NCBI GenBank assembly: GCA_902772855.1
Contig: CACYCG010000194.1
Span: 1-39,327 of the forward strand
From: an uncultured Ruminococcus sp.
Lineage (GTDB): Bacteria; Bacillota; Clostridia; Oscillospirales; Acutalibacteraceae
Reading direction: 5' to 3'
DNA length: 39,327 nt
The position numbers were made by a program, and so were the translations under genes. The notes beneath the pieces are model-generated. The model was not told where the DNA came from. It did no database searches and saw only the letters and a program-made list of their open reading frames with translations. Numbering within the stretch: position 1 is the stretch's first letter; every line of letters starts with the position of its first letter. Shown one piece after another: positions 16,001 through 23,817 of the stretch.

Positions 16001-17834
16001 GCTGCGGGATCCTTCTGTCTCCCAAACGTATCTTCATGATTATTTTCATCTTCGTTCCGGGAAGTTTATTAAAAAGTATTTCAAAGGAGAACGTCTGACG
16101 GAAATCTATCGGCAGATCACCCCGGATATGTATCAGGAGCTGTTTGCTTCTTTGTCCCCTCTGCAGACCCGTGTGCTGCAGGACGACACATCCCGGTGCA
16201 TTGTGATCGCAGCCGGACCCGGAAGCGGAAAGACCCGGGTGCTGGTGCATAAGCTGGCCTGTTTGCTGATGCTGGAAGACGTCCGCCCGGAGCAGCTTCT
16301 GATGCTGACGTTTTCCCGTGCGGCTGCAACCGAATTCAAGCTGCGGCTGATTGAATTGGTGGGAAGCCTTGCCTATGGAGTGACGGTAAAGACGTTTCAT
16401 TCGTACAGCTTTGATCTGTTGGGGCGCATCGGAAGTCTGAACCGGTCGGAGCATATTGTGAAAGCGGCTGCTCAGGCGATCCGGGACGGAGAAGCGGAAA
16501 ACAGAAAATGCGCCTTGTCGGTTCTGGTTCTGGATGAAGCACAGGACATGGATGAAGAGGAATATACGCTGGTGGAGGCTTTGATGGCTCAGAATGAAGA
16601 GATGAAGGTGATCGCCGTTGGGGACGATGACCAGAATATTTACGGATTCCGGGGAGCGGATGCCCGTTATATGAAGCAGCTTCTTTCCTCTTCAAAGGCG
16701 GTCCAATATGAAATGACGGATAATTACCGCAGTGAAAAAAGCATTGTATCCCTGGCGGAAGCGTTTGTATCCACTTTCCGGAATCGGATGAAAACCCGTC
16801 CGCTGCATTCGGTTTCGGGCCTGAAGGGTCGGACGGTGATCGTGGAGCATACTTCTCCCCTGTTTTTAACCGCTGTGGCGCAGGCGACGGCGGATCAGCC
16901 GGGAAATCAGAGCATAGGTATCCTGACCGAAACCAATGAAGAAGCCTTACAGATGGTCTGCCTGCTGAGAAAACTCGGGATCCGGGCGCAGCTTTTACGC
17001 TCAGCCGGAGGCTTCTCCATGTTTGATGTAGCGGAGGTACGGTTTTTGCTCAAAGCGCTTGACTATGACAGCGATGAACCGATGATTTCCGAAACCCAAT
17101 GGCAGCAGGCCGGAGAGCGTTTGCAGAAGGTGTATGCGGACAGCCGGTGTCTGCCGAATTGTCTTTGTATGATGGAAAAGTTTTCCTCCCTGTATCCTCA
17201 GCGGTATCGGTCGGATTTAGAGGAGTTTCTGAAGGAGTCCCGATTTGAAGATTTTTATGAAGATCATTCGCTTTGTGTAACGGTTTCTACCATTCATAAG
17301 GCCAAGGGACGGGAGTATGATACTGTGTTTCTGACCTGGCGGGGAGATCGGGCCGATCAGGAAGAAAAGAAGCGGCTGCTGTATGTGGGCATGACCCGCG
17401 CCAAAAAACAATTGTTTATCCATTATGAAACGGGTACGGTACAATGGCCGGCGTGCAAAGGGGTCGAGCGGGTGCGGGACGACAGCCATCCGGAAGAACC
17501 GGAGGAACTGTGGCTGGATATGACGTTCCGGGATGTCTTTCTGGATTTTTTCCGGGATAAGAAAAGGCGTATTGTACGGCTGCACAGCGGAGCCTTGCTT
17601 GCCGTAGAAGGAGAGTATCTTTGCACAGAACCTTCCGGAGAAAGGGTGGCGAAGTTTTCTCGGGCGTTTTCTGCGGAATTGGAGTCGTTCCGGCAAAAAG
17701 GCTATGAGCCGGTGGAAGCCCGGGTCGCTTTTGTGGCCGCTTGGCGTCCGAAGGGTGAAACAGAGGAAATAGCGGTGTTGCTGCCGGAATTGAAATTGAA
17801 AAAAAACGAGCCGAGAACACGCAATTTATTGTAG
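13038..17834 (+). CDS. Giant fusion helicase (1598 aa): degenerate DnaQ-like N-terminus + complete RecQ-type SF2 core + winged-helix-like middle region + complete UvrD/Rep-type SF1 core
   Basis: ATG at 13038 with GGGAGG 6 nt upstream. RecQ motifs: FPTGGGKS (nt 13866-13886), DEAH (14175-14186), CFTATA, ATSAFGMGVDK, QESGRAGRD. UvrD motifs: GPGSGKT (16215-16235), LTFSRAAA, LDEAQD (16533-16547), VGDDDQNIYGFRGA, DNYRS, TIHKAKGREYD, LYVGMTRAK. Confidence 0.9.
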   Translation: MSGIVFFDLETDPSGKTLQCIHGLREDGAVFASDSLKEWLRFAQGASFWCGFDIREKVSLLSECPDFLNDPEVVDVMLLMPLFLSARQASRFWEEEQGERVLSGEEKVRRIRELFEQEKTAQKALSSGWTDILSSLVYRERWAKCFFEKRHRMVLPFVLSAKVQEELKGQLCENVNIASFLLRYPVESAYALASIERREMLPVWLSRYYPMAEELVRILQQTPCRKGCAYCSSRWDIHAALKRFFGYDSFLTYRGEPLQERAVQKAVCGKSIAAVFPTGGGKSLTFQLPALMAGQIEQGLTVVISPLLSLMKDQVDQLVQRGITEAEALNSLQDPFERSKTIRRLLDGEASIVYLSPESLRSASVERILLQRRVVRFVIDEAHCFSAWGQDFRVDYLYIGDFLKELQQKKRLRDPIPVSCFTATAKPEVLEDICRYFQEKTGCSMEILSAPSDRENLHYHVLKTGKYEEKYNSLRHLLTFHVCPTIVYVSTTKAAEKLAESLTRDGFPSLPYHGKMRSEQKIAHQEAFIRNEVRVMVATSAFGMGVDKKDVLMTVHFDIPDSPENFVQESGRAGRDPAVQADCYLLYSRDDIRRHFMRLQRSKVNISEIKQIFKAIKALTKEDRHLSCSPEELASEAGWDPFEPHMEMHLKTALASLEHSGYIRRDPNRMQVYASALQVGSITEAIGKIRSSQLMSDSEKTICIKLTAALISAHNTSIVRHSQLRSRVDCLAQQIGVEKKQIISCISLLRQEGILADERDLYAGIVIKGGKNKSGAIFEDFAALECFLLEHMEEKEKEISIKELNEMAQQEGLSFCTVKKLRQLFHFLLLAGDLRRTGFEHHGYYSLTPAISLSVLREKTKRRHAFARYLLSRLFVSAQKQFSPSRYLRTISFSLVTVCGEFSHEHPELCGEKPFSIRETEEAIWYLSRIRSMRSIGNFLIRYHSLEIERLVEDSRIQYKAEDYRPLQEYYTQKNRQIHFIAEWAERVLRDPSVSQTYLHDYFHLRSGKFIKKYFKGERLTEIYRQITPDMYQELFASLSPLQTRVLQDDTSRCIVIAAGPGSGKTRVLVHKLACLLMLEDVRPEQLLMLTFSRAAATEFKLRLIELVGSLAYGVTVKTFHSYSFDLLGRIGSLNRSEHIVKAAAQAIRDGEAENRKCALSVLVLDEAQDMDEEEYTLVEALMAQNEEMKVIAVGDDDQNIYGFRGADARYMKQLLSSSKAVQYEMTDNYRSEKSIVSLAEAFVSTFRNRMKTRPLHSVSGLKGRTVIVEHTSPLFLTAVAQATADQPGNQSIGILTETNEEALQMVCLLRKLGIRAQLLRSAGGFSMFDVAEVRFLLKALDYDSDEPMISETQWQQAGERLQKVYADSRCLPNCLCMMEKFSSLYPQRYRSDLEEFLKESRFEDFYEDHSLCVTVSTIHKAKGREYDTVFLTWRGDRADQEEKKRLLYVGMTRAKKQLFIHYETGTVQWPACKGVERVRDDSHPEEPEELWLDMTFRDVFLDFFRDKKRRIVRLHSGALLAVEGEYLCTEPSGERVAKFSRAFSAELESFRQKGYEPVEARVAFVAAWRPKGETEEIAVLLPELKLKKNEPRTRNLL

Positions 17835-17853
17835 TAAATGCAAAATATTCCTC

Positions 17854-17882
17854 TTTACATATGTATTTTAATGTGTTACAAT
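17854..17882 (+). promoter_or_regulatory. Sigma-A promoter of the XRE-S24 / Y-polymerase operon
   Basis: TTTACA (17854-17859), 17-nt spacer, TGT-TACAAT (extended -10, 17877-17882). The 10-bp palindrome TACATATGTA (17856-17865) overlaps the -35 element. Confidence 0.7.
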
Positions 17883-17908
17883 AGAATCAAGCGGAGGAGG
17901 TGCTGTCA

Positions 17909-18733
17909 ATGGCGAGAAGAACCAGAAAATCTTTTCAACAGGAGACAGGTGCCGCAGAGGACCTTTCGGTCATCTGCAAAATGATCAGGCACTATCGGGA
18001 GCAGTGTGGGATGGAGCAGAAAGCATTGGCATCGGCGCTTGGCATTACGTCCAATTCTGTCAGTAATTGGGAAAATGGCCGTTCCCGTCCGGATGTGGAT
18101 CTGCTGCCTGCTATCTGCGCACAGCTTCATATCAGTCTTTATGAACTGTTTGCTCTTTCTTCCCCTGCTCCCTCCTGGAACCGAGAGCAGCAGGCGTTTA
18201 TGCAGCAATTCGGAACCTTGTCGGAGGGACATCGGAAGGCTGTCTGTGCGTTGATGACGGCTTTGCAGCAGGAAGAAGAAAACCGCTGTATTCCGGAGCT
18301 TCGGGTGCTGATGCGATATGATCGGTCGCTGGCAGCCGGCATCGGGGACCCGACGGAGTTTGAATGTCATTCCTGTCCGCTCTATGTCTATGCCAGCGCT
18401 AAAACTGCTCGGGCGGACAGTGTTTTTTCCGTCAGCGGGGATAGTATGGAACCGGTGTTTCATCAGGGACAGGAGGTGCTGGTGCAGCGCCTCTCCCCTT
18501 TCGATACGCTGCAAAGCGGGGAAATCGGAGCTTTTATTGTGGGGAATGAAACCTATATCAAAGAATATCGTCCGGATGGTCTTCATTCTTTTCATCCGGA
18601 TTATCCGGTCATGCAGTTCGGAGAAGAGGAATCGGTGTATCTGATCGGCCGGGTGTTGGGAGTGCTTTTGCCGGAAGACTATGCCTCTCAGGAGGAAATT
18701 GAAAGGTATAGACGGATGGAAGAGGAAGCGTAG
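17909..18733 (+). CDS. XRE-family HTH + S24 (LexA/CI-type) self-cleaving repressor, 274 aa
   Basis: GGAGGAGG RBS 8 nt upstream. HTH segment EQKALASALGITSNSVSNWENGRSRP. Ala-Gly cleavage motif LAAGIG (nt 18332-18340). Catalytic SGDSMEP (Ser codon 18443-18445) and a downstream Lys in ETYIKEY. Confidence 0.85.
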   Translation: MARRTRKSFQQETGAAEDLSVICKMIRHYREQCGMEQKALASALGITSNSVSNWENGRSRPDVDLLPAICAQLHISLYELFALSSPAPSWNREQQAFMQQFGTLSEGHRKAVCALMTALQQEEENRCIPELRVLMRYDRSLAAGIGDPTEFECHSCPLYVYASAKTARADSVFSVSGDSMEPVFHQGQEVLVQRLSPFDTLQSGEIGAFIVGNETYIKEYRPDGLHSFHPDYPVMQFGEEESVYLIGRVLGVLLPEDYASQEEIERYRRMEEEA

Positions 18734-18802
18734 AGATGACAGAGCCGGACAGACGCTTTGTTTTTAGAAGGGAAATGTTCCGTGACCGGGGAGGCGAACA
18801 AC

Positions 18803-19084
18803 ATGAAACGAAATCGTGACAGAGTGTATGTAAAAGTGAATACCGATTTTGATTCTACCGGGTATATGTGGCCACGATCCATCGTATGGTCAGACGGCCG
18901 TATTTTCAAAATTGATGAGATCAGGGATTTTCGTCCGGCTGATTCGCTGGAGCATCATCGCAGCGGCGATTGCTATACGGTGGTGATCCGCGGAGAAGAG
19001 AGGCATCTGTTTTTTGAAAAAACCAGCGAATTGTTTGCTTCCCGGGTCGGACGATGGTTTGTGGAATGTCCTGTATCGAAATAG
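18803..19084 (+). CDS. Hypothetical 93-aa protein embedded in the SOS-type cassette
   Basis: ATG at 18803 with GGGGAGG 8 nt upstream. Its stop lies 11 nt before the polymerase ATG. Soluble, beta-rich looking sequence (VYVKVNTDF..SIVWSDGRIFKIDEI..CYTVVIRGEERHLFFEK). I recognise no family. Confidence 0.6.
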   Translation: MKRNRDRVYVKVNTDFDSTGYMWPRSIVWSDGRIFKIDEIRDFRPADSLEHHRSGDCYTVVIRGEERHLFFEKTSELFASRVGRWFVECPVSK

Positions 19085-19095
19085 GAGAAACCGGG

Positions 19096-20658
19096 ATGGA
19101 ACCTGTTTATATTGCGATCGATCTGAAAAGTTTTTACGCCAGTGTGGAATGTGTGGAGCGGCATCTGAATCCTCTCACCACCAATTTAGTGGTGGCAGAT
19201 CTTTCCCGGACAGAAAAAACCATCTGTCTGGCGGTGTCGCCATCTTTGAAAGCACACGGCATTCCCGGGAGGGCCCGTTTGTTTGAAGTGATCGGACGAG
19301 TGCGGGAAGTGAATCAGGAACGTCTTCGGAAGGCTGTTCGCAGCGGTCGGATCCGTCCGGACGAACAGGGAGACTATTCTTTTTCGTCCTCTTCCTTTGA
19401 TGCGTCTGCTTTGCAGGAGGACCCCTCCCTGCAGCTCACCTATATCACGGCCACTCCTCGGATGAAGCTGTATGAAGAGTATAGTACCCGGATCTATTCG
19501 ATCTATCTCAGATATGTAGCGCCGGAAGATATTCATGTCTATTCAATCGACGAAGTGTTTTTAGACGTTACACATTATTTGCAGACCTATCGGCTGACGC
19601 CCCATGAATTGGCGATGACAATGATTCGAGAGGTGCTGTATACGACCGGTATCACCGCCACAGCCGGGATCGGTTCCAATCTGTATCTTGCCAAAATAGC
19701 AATGGATATTGTGGCTAAGCATATCCCGGCCGATCGGGATGGAGTGAGGGTGGCTTCTCTGGATGAGATCTCTTACCGGAAACTGCTTTGGTGTCATCGG
19801 CCGCTGACGGATTTTTGGCGGGTGGGTCCGGGGCTGAGCCGAAAACTGGAGTCGCTGGGACTGTATACAATGGGAGATATTGCCAGAGCATCCCTGGAGG
19901 CGCCGGCAGTGGAACGTCTGTACCGCACCTTTGGTGTGAATGCGGAATTGCTGATCGATCATGCCTGGGGATGGGAACCGGTGACTATGAGGGAGATCAA
20001 AAAATATCGGCCGGAGACGCATTCTCTCTCTTCCGGACAAGTCCTGAAAGAACCGTACGAATATGACAAAGCCTTATTGATCGTCAAAGAGATGGCGGAA
20101 CTGCTTTCACATGATCTGGTCGCCCAAAAAGTGGTGACAAAGCAAATCGTTCTTACCATAAATTACGATAAGGAAAGCCTGCGTGCGGATTCCGTTTCGG
20201 ACGATGGACAGGTGATCTATACGGTGCGAAAAACCGGGAAAGTGTATCGGGGAAAAGTAGTGCCGGATCATTATGGCCGTGCCCATCCATCCCACGCTCA
20301 TGGGACGCAGGTGCTGGGCGGATATACTTCTTCCGCTTCCAGGATCGTGCAGGCAGCAGCGGAAGTGTACCGCCGCATTACGGACCCGGATCTGCTGGTC
20401 CGGCGCATTACCATAGCGGCCTGCGCTTTGATTCCCGAAGAAGCAGTGCCTCAGCCGGAGCCGGAACAGCTTAGTTTCTTTGCGGATGCTGTGCCTCAGG
20501 AAGACGAAGAGCGGGAGGAAAAAGAAAGGCGTATGGTGCAGGCTATGCTGCGGCTGCAGGAACGGTTTGGGAAAAACGCCGTGCTGCGGGGCATGAACTT
20601 TTTTGAAGGCGGCACTACGATAGAACGAAACGGGCAGATCGGGGGGCATAAGGCATGA
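19096..20658 (+). CDS. Y-family (UmuC/ImpB/MucB/SamB-type) translesion DNA polymerase, 520 aa
   Basis: N-terminal IAIDLKSFYASVE catalytic motif, YSIDEVFLDV, and a Firmicute-type C-terminal extension ending ..GQIGGHKA. AGGAG RBS 7 nt upstream of the ATG at 19096. Confidence 0.9.
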   Translation: MEPVYIAIDLKSFYASVECVERHLNPLTTNLVVADLSRTEKTICLAVSPSLKAHGIPGRARLFEVIGRVREVNQERLRKAVRSGRIRPDEQGDYSFSSSSFDASALQEDPSLQLTYITATPRMKLYEEYSTRIYSIYLRYVAPEDIHVYSIDEVFLDVTHYLQTYRLTPHELAMTMIREVLYTTGITATAGIGSNLYLAKIAMDIVAKHIPADRDGVRVASLDEISYRKLLWCHRPLTDFWRVGPGLSRKLESLGLYTMGDIARASLEAPAVERLYRTFGVNAELLIDHAWGWEPVTMREIKKYRPETHSLSSGQVLKEPYEYDKALLIVKEMAELLSHDLVAQKVVTKQIVLTINYDKESLRADSVSDDGQVIYTVRKTGKVYRGKVVPDHYGRAHPSHAHGTQVLGGYTSSASRIVQAAAEVYRRITDPDLLVRRITIAACALIPEEAVPQPEPEQLSFFADAVPQEDEEREEKERRMVQAMLRLQERFGKNAVLRGMNFFEGGTTIERNGQIGGHKA

Positions 20659-21107
20659 AACCGGAAGAACAGGCAGAAAAAACCTATGCGGATATTCTCC
20701 TTCTTCCCTATCCGAAATCAAAGCGGCCGACCTATCTTTCTCTTCGGGAACGGGCCGCCCAATTTGCTCCGTTTGCGGCTTTGGCGGGATATGAGGAAAT
20801 GGTTCAGGAAGAAGCCCGGCTGACAGAGCCGGAAAAAGAATTGTCCGAGTGGGAACTGCAGCTTTTAGATGGTACGCTTCATCAGATGGAAGAACAGATG
20901 AAAGAGGGCAGGAAACCGCAGGTTCGGGTGGACTATTTTGTCAGAGATCTCCGAAAACCGGGAGGGAGCCGGGAAACGGCGGAAGGCATGGTCAAAGAAA
21001 TGGACCCTGTTTTTCGCAGGCTGATCCTTTTTGAAAAAGGCGGCACGGATCTATTGGTACTTCCGTTTTCCGATATTTTGAACATGGAGATCCTGTCTGA
21101 AGGTTAG
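20655..21107 (+). CDS. YolD-like protein (accessory partner of Y-family polymerases)
   Basis: ATGA start/stop overlap with the polymerase gene. The motif RERAAQFAPFAALAGYEE is characteristic of the YolD family. Its position downstream of a Y-polymerase parallels the Bacillus yolD-uvrX and yqjX-yqjW pairs. Confidence 0.65.
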   Translation: MKPEEQAEKTYADILLLPYPKSKRPTYLSLRERAAQFAPFAALAGYEEMVQEEARLTEPEKELSEWELQLLDGTLHQMEEQMKEGRKPQVRVDYFVRDLRKPGGSRETAEGMVKEMDPVFRRLILFEKGGTDLLVLPFSDILNMEILSEG

Positions 21108-21158
21108 AACAGCATCGCACAGAGCTATCCGGCTGATGGCTGCGGTGCTGTTTTTTTG
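21108..21158 (+). terminator. Intrinsic terminator closing the SOS-type cassette
   Basis: AACAGCATCGCA-(21 nt)-TGCGGTGCTGTT, a 12-bp stem with one G-U pair, followed by TTTTTTTG. It begins immediately after the stop codon. Confidence 0.7.
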
Positions 21159-21224
21159 CCGATACAAAAGGACGGCCAAAAAACAGCTTCTCCGGCTGGT
21201 ATCCGCAGAAATGCGATGAAAAAT

Positions 21225-21253
21225 ATTGAAAGATATGCGGGACTGTGGTATAA
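21225..21253 (+). promoter_or_regulatory. Sigma-A promoter of the two-gene paralog operon
   Basis: TTGAAA (21225-21230), 17-nt spacer, TGG-TATAAT (extended -10, 21248-21253). Confidence 0.75.
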
Positions 21254-21329
21254 TAAACAAAACAATTTTGACATAGATGACAGAAATATGCTGAATTGAT
21301 GAAAACCTTCAGACAGGAGGAATGCTGAA

Positions 21330-22610
21330 ATGATCAAAGAAGTACAATGCCCGAAATGTCATGCCCATTTTTCATGGGATACTTCTTCTGCAGTAGCAGC
21401 GTGCACAAACTGCGGAACAAAGTATCAACTGCGTTCCCGCAGCAGTCAGCAGCCGGTTCTGATGCCGCCGCAAGGCAGAGGATGCGTGGATTATGTAACC
21501 GTTCCCAACGACAGCACTGTGGGGAATCGTCCTCTGATCAAAACCTACATCCCCAAAAACTGGACATATCAATGCGCTCCCGTATCCGATCGGTTTGATC
21601 TGGTCAGCAATCCCCTGGTCCTTTCCATTACGTTTCTGGCGCCGGATCAATCGGCTAAAATAGTATTTGTGGGAGAATCGTTCTATAAGCATATTGACTA
21701 TATGCCCCAGACAGCGGCTTTGCAGAATCGTCTGGAGGATTCCACCACCGGACGGAATCCGACTTTTTTCCGTTTGAAAAGCTATCATACCGCTGCGGAA
21801 TACTGCGATGCCTTGGCGCAGAGCTGCGGGCTGTCTCAGCTTTCTCTGGTGGATGAAAGCCGCCCGGAAGCCACTGAACGAGAGCGGCAGGAACGAATTA
21901 TTCAGAACTTTTTGCGAAACGGTTTTTTGAACGCTTCCGGCGAATGGGCAGGCAGAACTTATTCGGGCGTATCCCCGGAAGGACAAAAATTGAAGGTGTA
22001 TGCAGAAACGCGGGTAACGCAGCTTATGCGGATCGCTGCTGTACAGTCGCTGCAGATGCAGCCCATGGGAAGTGTGTTCGGAATGCGGTATATGCCGCAA
22101 ATGGTGCAGCAGCAGGTGGAAGAGTATTTTTGGGATACTTCCTATGAACTGGTGCTTTTAGCAGCAGAAGCCGCTTTTGACAAGGCTTTTCAGGAACTGA
22201 AGCAACTGGATAAAACACTGGATTATCTGCCCGGAATGCAGGATGTTCGTGCAGAATTGATCTCTCTGGCACAGAATGCGCAGATGAATATGGCACAGGT
22301 CCGGTCGGAATCGTTTGCGCGGCAGTCTCGGATTATTGCGGACACGAATGCCTACACGTCCAATATCCAGCATCAGATGATGGCGGATAATGCTGCTTCC
22401 CATGATTGGGTGGCCAGAATGCAGTCGGAAATGATCCGGGAAGTGAACAGTTACGCTGTGCCGGGAGGCGGAGTGGCGGAGGCTTCCACCCGTTATGACC
22501 ATGTGTATCAAAGTACCAGAGATCCGAATGTTTTCGGACTCCAGCAGGGAGATGCCTTTGAGTTTGGAGTAGATTTTGTGGAACTTCCCCGGACAAACGG
22601 GAATTATTAA
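21330..22610 (+). CDS. Hypothetical cytoplasmic protein with an N-terminal zinc ribbon, 426 aa
   Basis: AGGAGG RBS 9 nt upstream. CPKC-N15-CTNC ribbon in the first 30 aa. No TM segment. The remainder is unassignable by eye. Confidence 0.7.
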   Translation: MIKEVQCPKCHAHFSWDTSSAVAACTNCGTKYQLRSRSSQQPVLMPPQGRGCVDYVTVPNDSTVGNRPLIKTYIPKNWTYQCAPVSDRFDLVSNPLVLSITFLAPDQSAKIVFVGESFYKHIDYMPQTAALQNRLEDSTTGRNPTFFRLKSYHTAAEYCDALAQSCGLSQLSLVDESRPEATERERQERIIQNFLRNGFLNASGEWAGRTYSGVSPEGQKLKVYAETRVTQLMRIAAVQSLQMQPMGSVFGMRYMPQMVQQQVEEYFWDTSYELVLLAAEAAFDKAFQELKQLDKTLDYLPGMQDVRAELISLAQNAQMNMAQVRSESFARQSRIIADTNAYTSNIQHQMMADNAASHDWVARMQSEMIREVNSYAVPGGGVAEASTRYDHVYQSTRDPNVFGLQQGDAFEFGVDFVELPRTNGNY

Positions 22611-22632
22611 CCAAATGAGAAAGGATGAGCAA

Positions 22633-23811
22633 ATGATGAAAGCGAAAAACAGACTGGCTATTCTCATGGCGGCGGTATGTCTGCTGCCGATGCTGTCTGC
22701 CTGCAGTCAGACGGGGACAACCACCGGAAAGGAAGGTGGAGAATCCTCCGTCAGCAGCAAGGAGACCAGCAAAAAAACCCAAGAAACAGAGTCTTCCGGC
22801 GATACAAGCTCTAAAACGGAAGAAAGCAAAGAAGAAAAGGATAAGGAAGGCACCAAAACAGTGGAAGATGAATCTTCTGAAGAAGCTTCTTCCGGCGCAG
22901 GCAGTTCCGGGCTTCCAGTGGCAGAACCTACGGTCAGAATGGCAGAGTGGAATTCAGTCAATTGGACAAAATATGAAAGCGCCTATTTCACCCTTTCCAT
23001 CCCCGATGGATGGGTGGTGGAATGGAACGGGGATGTGAACGGCCTGTTCTGGAGAGCCAGAAGCACAGACGGAAAAGAAGGGATCTTCTATCAGGATCAC
23101 CGCTATTGCGCCAAAGATGCCAATGCAGCCGCTATGACAGGAAATACCTTTGTGATGCCGACCGGTACGGTGCAGAACTATTTTGATATTATGTTTTCCG
23201 GACATGTAGAGTATTTTGACGTTAAAAACTCCTGTGTTCCGGCCAACAGGGATCTTCTCCAGGCCATTCGTCCCAGAGCAGTGCTGACGGATTATCAATC
23301 TATGTATGCTCTCTTTAAGGACAGCGATGTCGGAGAAGGAGAAGGCATTTATTCAGCCCTTATCTATGATACCGGAGATGTCTGGAACGGCGGTATCAAC
23401 TATGGGATGTGGGAAGTGGATTTCACCAGCGCCGAATATGCACAGGTCGGTCAATTAGTCAACTGGAAGCCGGTGTTTGCTCAAATTGCTTCTTCCTTTG
23501 CCTATACAGAGTTTTATATGCAGCAGTTCCGGGCAGCTATGGGGTCTACTTCAGACGTTCTTCCGAACAATGATAATGATGTGGTGATGGAGGCGTTTGA
23601 AGAAAGAAGCAAATCCGATACGATCATTCAGGAAAAACGTTCCGATATGATCGGTGAATACGAACGGGTGTACGATAATAACGACGGACAGATCTACCGG
23701 GCTTACAATGGGTTCTTAGAGGATATAGGAGGATCGGAGCAATCCCGATATACCTCGATAACAGACTCCCAGTATGCTGACGGCTTTGTAGGGTGGATCG
23801 ATAAAGATTAA
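22633..23811 (+). CDS. Hypothetical lipoprotein with a Ser/Glu/Lys-rich linker, 392 aa
   Basis: Signal peptide plus lipobox LSAC (Cys codon 22702-22704). AAGGA RBS 7 nt before the ATG at 22633. The track start at 22576 would overlap the upstream gene. Confidence 0.75.
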   Translation: MMKAKNRLAILMAAVCLLPMLSACSQTGTTTGKEGGESSVSSKETSKKTQETESSGDTSSKTEESKEEKDKEGTKTVEDESSEEASSGAGSSGLPVAEPTVRMAEWNSVNWTKYESAYFTLSIPDGWVVEWNGDVNGLFWRARSTDGKEGIFYQDHRYCAKDANAAAMTGNTFVMPTGTVQNYFDIMFSGHVEYFDVKNSCVPANRDLLQAIRPRAVLTDYQSMYALFKDSDVGEGEGIYSALIYDTGDVWNGGINYGMWEVDFTSAEYAQVGQLVNWKPVFAQIASSFAYTEFYMQQFRAAMGSTSDVLPNNDNDVVMEAFEERSKSDTIIQEKRSDMIGEYERVYDNNDGQIYRAYNGFLEDIGGSEQSRYTSITDSQYADGFVGWIDKD

Positions 23812-23817
23812 AACAAA

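Noticed and set aside
13264-17820. Multiple antisense or out-of-frame ORFs (60-270 aa) inside the helicase gene, for example 14100-14912, 15855-16454 and 17217-17696
   Set aside because: All are nested in a continuous 1598-codon frame that carries two full helicase motif sets. None has an RBS or recognisable domains.
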